This document shows positions 38,752-45,946 of a stretch of 64,000 nucleotides of DNA, piece after piece. Position numbers and translations under genes: made by a program. The notes under the pieces were generated by a model. That model was not told the origin of the DNA. It saw only the letters and a program-made list of their open reading frames with translations, and did not search any database. Where the stretch lies: NCBI GenBank assembly GCA_016840095.1, contig JAEOSZ010000111.1:1-64000 (forward strand). The letters are read 5' to 3'. The stretch comes from Candidatus Heimdallarchaeota archaeon. GTDB lineage: Archaea > Asgardarchaeota > Heimdallarchaeia > Heimdallarchaeales > Heimdallarchaeaceae. Numbering within the stretch: the first letter of the stretch is position 1; the number at the start of each line of letters is the position of its first letter.

Positions 38752-39405
38752 TTACTGCTTTTCAGGTTTTTGGGCTACAACCCAGATATAACCCCTTCTG
38801 TCTTTTGGACTAACAAGTCGAACTTCTTTAGCTATTGAAAATATCTTCCAACCCTTTAATGCTTGTTTAATCTCAGTCATCGTAATAAAGCGAATTGGAG
38901 GTTCTGTTCTAAAATGAGGTTTTACATTACCACCAAAGAGAAAGAAACCTCCTTGTTTAACTGAATCAAGAAGTTCATACAATTTTGACAATGCATTATC
39001 ATAAAGATACTGAAGACATTGAATTGCTAAAATTACATCGTAGCTTTCAGGTTCCAAAACTAGATTTTCAATTGTCTCACATAATATGTCCATTTTTTCT
39101 TCTATTTTTAGTGCTTTAGCCCTTTTTTTAGTTAATTCTACTGCAGATTGAAGTATATCTATAGCTGTAACATGATAGCCCAGTTGAGCTAAATAACATG
39201 CATCAATTCCATCTCCAGTTGCTAAATCAAGAGCCTTTTTTCCAGTTACATCTTGATCATGAGTAAAAAATGAGAATTCTAGTGGAGCATAATGGACAAA
39301 GTGAGGTGAAAGTTTGTCTAGTTGTCCCTCAACTTGTTTCTTGTAAAGATTATCCCAACCTTCCATATATTTATCAGGATTTAATGTAGGGTACTTCTTT
39401 GTCAT
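38752..39405 (-). CDS. Class I SAM-dependent methyltransferase (TehB-like)
   Basis: ALDLATGDG.DA.YLA..GY.VTAID, YDVI, VKQGG. Confidence 0.85.
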   Translation of the reverse strand: MTKKYPTLNPDKYMEGWDNLYKKQVEGQLDKLSPHFVHYAPLEFSFFTHDQDVTGKKALDLATGDGIDACYLAQLGYHVTAIDILQSAVELTKKRAKALKIEEKMDILCETIENLVLEPESYDVILAIQCLQYLYDNALSKLYELLDSVKQGGFFLFGGNVKPHFRTEPPIRFITMTEIKQALKGWKIFSIAKEVRLVSPKDRRGYIWVVAQKPEKQ

Positions 39406-39436
39406 TATTCCAATTCACTATTAGATACTTATAACC

Positions 39437-39457
39437 TTCATGATATGAATTCATGAA
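39437..39457. promoter_or_regulatory. Perfect inverted repeat TTCATGA-N7-TCATGAA in divergent promoter region
   Basis: Seen directly between the 39405(-) and 39513(+) starts. Confidence 0.45.
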
Positions 39458-39512
39458 CAAAATTATGGGAAAAAGTTTAGTATTCGAAATAGAATTTTAA
39501 TTGGGAGATATT

Positions 39513-41174
39513 ATGAATCTAAAAAGAAAATTTATTGTTTTTCTTCTAGCTATAATTGTTTTGAATCTATCATTTTCTTTTGCTGAAGCAAGAGAACAAG
39601 AAACTCCATCATCCATTCCGGAATTAGATTATTATTTCGAAGTTCCTTCTATGTACACAGAGATTACAATTCATGAAGATGGTTCTATAGACATTTATTA
39701 CAGAATGGAATTTTACACTCCATCGGAAGTAATAGATGTAATAGATATTGGTTTTCCAAACGTATACTACAAGTTGAAATCTGTTAAAGCTTGGTTAAAT
39801 GGAACAGAAATCCAGGATATAAGAAAAAGTGAAGTAGTAGATATTGGTGTAGAAGTCTGGCTTGATGAAGTTGGATATATTTATGCTGGCCAAACTGGTG
39901 TTTTTGAGATTGAATGCCACAACCCAAAAATGGTTTACAAAGATAATATAGACGGTTTAGCTTCGGTTGTATTCTATCAGACTTGGTACGGTTATGCATA
40001 TTCGTATGGCACAACAAACAGGACTGTTCGATTTTACTTTCCTGAAGATTTAACTAACATAGCAGAAGTAGATTATAGAATCGCAAGTGGGTCTGAATTT
40101 ACTAGTGTAGCGAGCTCTCCAGATGGACCATATGTACAATTTTCTACTAGTGGTAATCCATATGATTCCTATGATGTGGGTGTAGCTTTTCCTGAAGAAT
40201 ATTCAAAGACTTTCAATCCTTTCTGGACATTGACAGTTTGGGGAAGTCTTGTTAGATACCCTATGGCTACTGTTATAATTTCAATTATTATTTTTGCGAT
40301 AATTATCGCTATTATTAGAAGTATAAGAAATGCTAGAAGATATCTCCCACCTTCTATTAGTTCGTTAGGTGGAGGTGTAAGAGAGGATCTATCTCCATCT
40401 GAAGTAGCTCTCCTCTTTGAACGACCTCTAACGCAAGTAGCATCATTAATGCTTTTCGAACTGATGGAAAAAGGATATGCCCATATCCAAACAAAAGAAC
40501 CTGAATTAAGACTAGAAATTACAGCAACTGATCCAGTTATTGCTGATTTTTCAAAACCTCATAAAACATTAGCAATTGGTATAAGAAAAAGAAATAAAGA
40601 AGATGAGAAATGGAGAAGAGGTGCTGCTTCTGGAGCAATACCAAAAGAGCCAGTTCATCAAACAGATTTAAAAAATGCACTCGTTGCTCAAATAAAGAGT
40701 TTAGCTAAGAAAATGAAAGGATTCTCATCTAGAAAAACCAGAGATTATTATGAATCTATCATTGACAAAGCTTGGCAAGAAATGAGTAAAGAAAATCCTG
40801 AATTACAAAATGCTTTCCTCTGGATCATGGTAGATGAGAAGTATGAATCTAGGTTAGAAGAATATGGAAGAGAATACTATTATCCAAGATGGTATGTCTA
40901 TAGCTATTTCTACTATGTTGGAGGATCACGACCTTCAAGAACTTCTGGTAGTACATTTTTGAGAATAAACCAAAGAGGAAATATTTCACAAATAGCTCCT
41001 GTCCAATCATTCATGTCAGGATTAGTACATAAACCAGGGTCTTTACGAGATTCTGTAAAAAACATAACTCGACCAGCTCCTTCTAGATCAAGTGGTAGCA
41101 GTCGAGGTTATTCAGGAGGAGGGTGTGCTTGTGCATGTGCTTGTGCATGTGCTTGTGCTGGAGGTGGTAGATAA
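39513..41174 (+). CDS. DUF2207-like single-pass membrane protein with C-terminal (Cys-Ala)6 tail; candidate RiPP-like precursor/substrate
   Basis: Signal peptide; ITIHEDGSIDIYY ectodomain; TM (VIISIIIFAIIIAII); LSPSEVALL..LFELMEKGY; S/G/R linker; GGGCACACACACACAGGGR; GGGAG RBS before ATG 39513. Confidence 0.8.
   Translation: MNLKRKFIVFLLAIIVLNLSFSFAEAREQETPSSIPELDYYFEVPSMYTEITIHEDGSIDIYYRMEFYTPSEVIDVIDIGFPNVYYKLKSVKAWLNGTEIQDIRKSEVVDIGVEVWLDEVGYIYAGQTGVFEIECHNPKMVYKDNIDGLASVVFYQTWYGYAYSYGTTNRTVRFYFPEDLTNIAEVDYRIASGSEFTSVASSPDGPYVQFSTSGNPYDSYDVGVAFPEEYSKTFNPFWTLTVWGSLVRYPMATVIISIIIFAIIIAIIRSIRNARRYLPPSISSLGGGVREDLSPSEVALLFERPLTQVASLMLFELMEKGYAHIQTKEPELRLEITATDPVIADFSKPHKTLAIGIRKRNKEDEKWRRGAASGAIPKEPVHQTDLKNALVAQIKSLAKKMKGFSSRKTRDYYESIIDKAWQEMSKENPELQNAFLWIMVDEKYESRLEEYGREYYYPRWYVYSYFYYVGGSRPSRTSGSTFLRINQRGNISQIAPVQSFMSGLVHKPGSLRDSVKNITRPAPSRSSGSSRGYSGGGCACACACACACAGGGR
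41124..41159 (+). repeat. Hexamer repeat TGTGC(T/A) x6 encoding (CA)6
   Basis: tgtgct tgtgca tgtgct tgtgca tgtgct tgtgct, in frame. Confidence 0.95.
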
Positions 41175-42478
41175 TGGTTAAATCTAAAGTATTCCATCAA
41201 AGAAATCTAGATACAACAGCTAGAATGCATCTAAGAAAAGAGAAAGGTGGAACTGGTATTTTACTAGTCAATGCCACTATGATTCTTCATCTTAATAAAA
41301 CAGCAACTGATTTTGTATCAAGAATAATTGCTGGAAAAAGTGATATTGATATTATTCTAGAAATGAAGAAGAAATATAGAGTTTCAGTAGAACAATTGGA
41401 GATTGATTTGGAAGATCTTAAAACAAAGATTAATCAGCTCATGACTACTCCCGATATAGATCCTGTACAGCATTTGGCACAAGATATCAATCCTTTATTT
41501 GAAACTCCTTTCTCAGCTCCTTTAAGAGTGGATTTAGCTTTAACCTACAAATGTAATAACAAATGCACTAAATGTTACGTGGAATCTACAAGGGAAATTA
41601 AAGAACTATCTACAGAGGAATGGAAACAAGTTCTCGATAATTTATGGGACATAGGAGTACCACATGTTACTTTTACTGGAGGAGAACCTACACTTAGAAA
41701 AGATTTGCCAGAATTGGTAGAATATGCAGAAGATTTGGGGATTATAACTGGTTTGATAACTAATGGAAGAGCACTAAAAGATAAAGATCTAGTAGATAAA
41801 CTTGTAACTGCTGGAATAGATCATTTTCAACTAACTATTGAGAGTCATGATTCGAAAATACATGATAAACTATCTGAAGCTGAAGGTGCATGGAAAGAAA
41901 CAGTTCAAGCTATAAAGAATATTGTTCCAACTCCAGTATATATTATGACTAATACAACCTTAACACCATTTAATATTAAAGACATAGAAAAAACAGTCGA
42001 ATTCTTGGGTTCATTGGGGATTGATCATTTCGCTGCAAACAGTATAATAAAATCAGGTGGAGGAAAGCAGGAAGAGTTTGCTCTTACTTTCGAAGAGTTA
42101 GATGATACTCTAACTAAAATTCTCAAAACAGCTGAAATGCAAAAAATGTCATTTATCTGGTATAGTCCTACAAGGTACTGTGATTTCAATCCAATTGAGA
42201 AAGGACTAGGGATGAAGCAATGTACTGCAGCTCATATTGCAATGGCTATAGAGCCTGATGGATCCGTACTTCCATGTCAAAGCTACTTTGAACCTTTAGG
42301 AAATATTCTTACAACCAAATGGAGAAAGATATGGAATCATAAAATTGCTAAAAATTTGCGTAAAATGAAATACCTGGACGAAGAATGTCTTGATTGTCCT
42401 GAGCGAGAATTATGTGGTGGTGGATGTCCACTGAATTATTCAGCTCCATCAAGTATTTGCAAGGAAGCATTTTCATGA
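41174..42478 (+). CDS. Radical SAM/SPASM enzyme with N-terminal PqqD-like RiPP recognition element (PqqE/AlbA-like architecture)
   Basis: N-terminal LNKTA....I..GKS..DI.....YRV...LE.D RRE-like pattern; CNNKCTKC; TGGEP; ITNG; SPASM with 8 Cys (..PDGSVLPC..LGNI..CLDC....LCGGGCP); start overlaps upstream stop (TAATG). Confidence 0.9.
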   Translation: MVKSKVFHQRNLDTTARMHLRKEKGGTGILLVNATMILHLNKTATDFVSRIIAGKSDIDIILEMKKKYRVSVEQLEIDLEDLKTKINQLMTTPDIDPVQHLAQDINPLFETPFSAPLRVDLALTYKCNNKCTKCYVESTREIKELSTEEWKQVLDNLWDIGVPHVTFTGGEPTLRKDLPELVEYAEDLGIITGLITNGRALKDKDLVDKLVTAGIDHFQLTIESHDSKIHDKLSEAEGAWKETVQAIKNIVPTPVYIMTNTTLTPFNIKDIEKTVEFLGSLGIDHFAANSIIKSGGGKQEEFALTFEELDDTLTKILKTAEMQKMSFIWYSPTRYCDFNPIEKGLGMKQCTAAHIAMAIEPDGSVLPCQSYFEPLGNILTTKWRKIWNHKIAKNLRKMKYLDEECLDCPERELCGGGCPLNYSAPSSICKEAFS

Positions 42479-43230
42479 AACCTAACAATGATGTTGATTG
42501 GGGATCAGAAATCCATGAGCAATTTGTTAGACAAGCACAATGGACAGAATCTATAAGGAACAAAATTTATCCACAAGTGAACCTGAGAGGAGCTAAAAAA
42601 GTTCTAGAAGTGGGCTGCGGAACAGGAGTAATCACAAACGAAATAAGAAAGAGAACACAGGCAAAAATAACAGCTATTGACTTAGACAAGGAAATGCTAC
42701 AAACAGCTGAAGAAAATGTGAAGAATGTCACATTTAAACAAGAGGAAGTAGAAAAACTATCAATGAGATCAAATACATTTGATGTAGTTTTATGTCAATA
42801 TCTCTTTCTATGGCTATCTGAACCTGAAAAAGCAATTAGTGAAATGAGTAGGGTTTGTAAGAAAAAAGGATTTGTTGTAGCTCTTGCAGAACCAGATTAT
42901 GGGGGGTGGATTGAATACCCGGATTTCCAATTGGGAAGACATCATATGAATTATCTAAAACGAGAAGGAGCAGATCCATTCATGGGAAGAAAGCTTAGGT
43001 ATCTGTTTGAAACTGCAGATCTTGAAACATCACTTGGGGTTATTGCTCAGACATGGGACAAAAAACATCTCTTAATGAACATTGAAGAAGAATGGAAGCG
43101 TGTTTACAGCTCAAAAATAATATCAGAGATGGAATATAAAGACATGATAAGGATGGAAAAAGAAGCAATTAATGAAAACAAAAGAACTATTTTCATGCCT
43201 GTTTTTTATGCAATAGGAAGAAAAAGGTAA
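42475..43230 (+). CDS. Class I SAM-dependent methyltransferase
   Basis: VLEVGCGTG, AIDLD, FDVV, EM.RVCKKKG..VA.AEPD; ATG 42475 in ATGA overlap with rSAM stop. Confidence 0.88.
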   Translation: MKPNNDVDWGSEIHEQFVRQAQWTESIRNKIYPQVNLRGAKKVLEVGCGTGVITNEIRKRTQAKITAIDLDKEMLQTAEENVKNVTFKQEEVEKLSMRSNTFDVVLCQYLFLWLSEPEKAISEMSRVCKKKGFVVALAEPDYGGWIEYPDFQLGRHHMNYLKREGADPFMGRKLRYLFETADLETSLGVIAQTWDKKHLLMNIEEEWKRVYSSKIISEMEYKDMIRMEKEAINENKRTIFMPVFYAIGRKR

Positions 43231-43232
43231 GG

Positions 43233-43351
43233 TGGTCGGGCTTCCGTGATTTGAACACGGGACCGCTCGGTGACTGCTGACGACTTGATCACTGTTCACA
43301 AGTGTGTCTTCGACTACAGCCGAGTGCTCTAAGCCACTGAGCTAAAGCCCG
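43233..43351 (-). tRNA. tRNA-Tyr(GTA) with 42-nt intron (43272-43313) at 37/38 and encoded CCA
   Basis: Acceptor CGGGCTT/AAGCCCG-A-CCA, D-stem GCTC/GAGC, anticodon stem CTCGG/CCGAG with CT-GTA-G, T-arm CCGTG-TTCAAAT-CACGG; CUGU:GCAG helix with two 3-nt bulges. Confidence 0.95.
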
Positions 43352-43516
43352 TTATTTATCCACACATTTTTCCATTCTGCTTTGTTCTTAAATTTTTCTT
43401 TTCTATCTTGTTTGTTGAAATCTATTACAGAATGAAAAAATCCCCTTAAATTATCTGTTTTGTCCCCTAATTAAGTAAACTTAAAAATAAGTTCAATCAA
43501 ATTTTACTGGATTATT

Positions 43517-44080
43517 ATGAGTGAGTCTAACGTTCAACATTTCAAACTTTTAGAGAAGAAATTTGATATAGAAGAAGACATCTACAAGAAGCTTGGAAAC
43601 CTTCAAGACCTAAAGAAGAAAATTGCTAAAGAAAACAAGCATCGAGCTAGAGATAACCGAGAGCGAGAGGAACATCTCATCAAAAAGGCTGAGTATGAGA
43701 ATCAAGGTGTACCTGATAAAGCTTTGAAGAGTGAAGTTTCTGCTAAGAAGAAAGAAGCAGCTATTGCAGAGAAAGATTATAAAATCAAAGATCTGGAAAG
43801 AAAAATTCAGAAGGTCGAGGAAGAATTAGAGAAGCTTGAGTTTGAACTGAAAGAAGCAGAAGCAGATATTGATGCTCATGACATGGGAGAACCTACATCT
43901 AAATTTGAGCCAGAACCTGAACCTGAATACAAACCTGAACCTGCATCAGCTTATGTGCCATTAGAACCTACAGTTCTTGATGATGAAGATTATTCAGAAG
44001 ATGAAACCGATGATGAAGATTATTCAGAAGATGAAACTGATGATGAACCTCTAACAACAACATACGATGATTACAGCTAG
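43517..44080 (+). CDS. Coiled-coil protein with acidic repeat tail, hypothetical
   Basis: K/E-rich heptads then EPEPE and DDEDYSEDET repeats. Confidence 0.7.
   Translation: MSESNVQHFKLLEKKFDIEEDIYKKLGNLQDLKKKIAKENKHRARDNREREEHLIKKAEYENQGVPDKALKSEVSAKKKEAAIAEKDYKIKDLERKIQKVEEELEKLEFELKEAEADIDAHDMGEPTSKFEPEPEPEYKPEPASAYVPLEPTVLDDEDYSEDETDDEDYSEDETDDEPLTTTYDDYS
43979..44047 (+). repeat. 30-bp tandem repeat (2.3 copies) encoding DDEDYSEDET
   Basis: gatgatgaagattattcagaagatgaaac(c/t) x2 plus gatgatgaa. Confidence 0.9.
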
Positions 44081-44149
44081 TAATCTCATTCTATTTCTAT
44101 TTTTGTCTTTCCAAGAAATTTATTTATAGCTAAATTTTTCATTCACTAG

Positions 44150-44542
44150 GTGAATCTTATGGATTTATATGGAACTGCCGATTGGAAAACAGAAAAACAT
44201 GTACCTGTTATTGAAGTAGCAGAGGTAATTAAAACAGGAGAAAAAACTCCAGTAACTGTTAGTGTTGGAAAAGAAATCGCACATCCAAACAAAACAGAAC
44301 ATCATATTTCTTGGATAAAACTAATGTTTTGGCCAGAAGGAGAAAAATACCCCTATCAACTTGGTCTTGCTAATTTTGATGCTCATGGAGCTTCAATAAA
44401 GGGACCAGACACCAGTGGTGTTTACTCAGAACCTTATGCAGTGTTTCAGTTAATTACTGATAAACCAGGTAAGCTAATTGCAACTTCTTATTGTAATATA
44501 CATGGTTTTTGGAAATATGAAAAAGAAGTAAAAGTAGAGTAA
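44150..44542 (+). CDS. sor: Superoxide reductase (neelaredoxin / class II SOR)
   Basis: EKHVP, HPNKTEHHISWI and YCNIHG iron ligands. Confidence 0.92.
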   Translation: MNLMDLYGTADWKTEKHVPVIEVAEVIKTGEKTPVTVSVGKEIAHPNKTEHHISWIKLMFWPEGEKYPYQLGLANFDAHGASIKGPDTSGVYSEPYAVFQLITDKPGKLIATSYCNIHGFWKYEKEVKVE

Positions 44543-44619
44543 AATCTCTTTTTTCTTTCTATTTTTTGTTTTATCTCTTTTTTCGGAAAAAACTTTAATG
44601 AGTTATTCAAGTTAGCAAT

Positions 44620-45387
44620 ATGGATTCTGATTCTAAAGAGACAGATGAAGCATTTGAACAGTTAATTTCAGAAGCAAAAAGACCTCTACATGGATGGGAT
44701 TTCTCTTTTGTTAACAATAGAGTAGTTTCAAGTCCACTAACTTGGAGCTATCATTCAGAGATCTTAAAATATATTAGAAAAGTAGATTCAGTATTAGATA
44801 TGGGTACTGGAGGAGGTGAGTTTTTCTCTTTACTAGAGCCTTTTCCTGAGAAAACCTATGCAACAGAAGCATATGCTCCTAACTATCCTATTGCAAAGAA
44901 AAAATTGGAACCTCTTGGAGTTAAAGTTGTTAAGATAGAGGAAGGTGGAAATCTTCCTTTTGAAGATAAATCATTTGAGCTAATAATTAACAGGCATGAA
45001 GAATACTCATCTAAAGAAGTATATAGAATTCTTACTGATGATGGAATATTCTTGACTCAACAAGTTGGTGGAACTAATGATAATTGGTTAAGAGAGTTCT
45101 TCTTAGGTGATGTAATTAGTGAGTATCAAGAATGGAATTTAGAATTTGCTAAGACTGAATTACAAAATAATGGCTTTAAATTACTTCAAGCAATGGAATG
45201 TTTTCCAAGAAAAAGAATCTTTGATGTTGGTGCAATCGTATTTTATCTACATGCTGCTCCATGGGAAGTACCAGATTTTACAGTAGAAAAATATAAGGAT
45301 AAATTATATGAATTACACCGTCAGATTCTGAACGAGGGATACATCGAATACTCGAGTCATAGATTTTTGATTAAAGCAATCAAATGA
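44620..45387 (+). CDS. Class I SAM-dependent methyltransferase
   Basis: GWDFS, LDMGTGGGE, LPF....FELIINRH, F.TQQVG. Confidence 0.88.
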   Translation: MDSDSKETDEAFEQLISEAKRPLHGWDFSFVNNRVVSSPLTWSYHSEILKYIRKVDSVLDMGTGGGEFFSLLEPFPEKTYATEAYAPNYPIAKKKLEPLGVKVVKIEEGGNLPFEDKSFELIINRHEEYSSKEVYRILTDDGIFLTQQVGGTNDNWLREFFLGDVISEYQEWNLEFAKTELQNNGFKLLQAMECFPRKRIFDVGAIVFYLHAAPWEVPDFTVEKYKDKLYELHRQILNEGYIEYSSHRFLIKAIK

Positions 45388-45404
45388 TTCTAATTTAAAA
45401 AAGA

Positions 45405-45797
45405 TCAAGCTTTTTGTGTTCTATCAGAAGATACACCATAAATCAAAGAATCTAATATCCAACCAATTAAACTACCAATCATTGCTCCAAGTAGTCCTCC
45501 TATAATGGGGTTCCACAAACTCTGATCTCTTAAAATGCTACTGCTTTCTGCAACTCCAGGAAGTCCTCCTGATGTCATTGCTAAGATAGGAGCAATAAAA
45601 GCTAATGAGACAGCACCTATGATTGCAAATATTAGACAAAAAAAGAGAGTAAAGCGATAATTTGAAAGATCTTCCTCAATGTGATCTTTAAACTCTATTG
45701 GAGGTAATTCATCAAATTCTGAACCGTGGTAGAGGTAAATATCCTCAATTTCCTCTTCTAGGTACTCTTCAATTTCGAAGGAATCAGAATCTAACAT
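45405..45797 (-). CDS. Small membrane protein (2 TM) with acidic N-terminus
   Basis: Two hydrophobic helices, GxxxG repeats; AGGAGA RBS upstream. Confidence 0.65.
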   Translation of the reverse strand: MLDSDSFEIEEYLEEEIEDIYLYHGSEFDELPPIEFKDHIEEDLSNYRFTLFFCLIFAIIGAVSLAFIAPILAMTSGGLPGVAESSSILRDQSLWNPIIGGLLGAMIGSLIGWILDSLIYGVSSDRTQKA

Positions 45798-45946
45798 AGA
45801 AATCTCCTAAAGTAATAAGCACAATTAAACAAATAAATATTTCTAGCAGCAGCTTAGTTATAAGTGAAGGATTATGTTTATTAAGGCCTCTTCCCGATTT
45901 ATATTTTGAAGATAAAATAACAAATACTTCATCAGGGGACAATTGA

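Noticed and set aside
42412-42474. Upstream extension MWWWMSTEL... of the methyltransferase
   Set aside because: It overlaps the SPASM coding region; ATG 42475 in an ATGA overlap is the more plausible start.
39501-43351. CA-tail operon as an island integrated at the tRNA-Tyr 3' end
   Set aside because: No integrase and no duplicated tRNA 3' fragment (tggtcgggcttcc) was seen elsewhere in the window; composition looks like the flanks.
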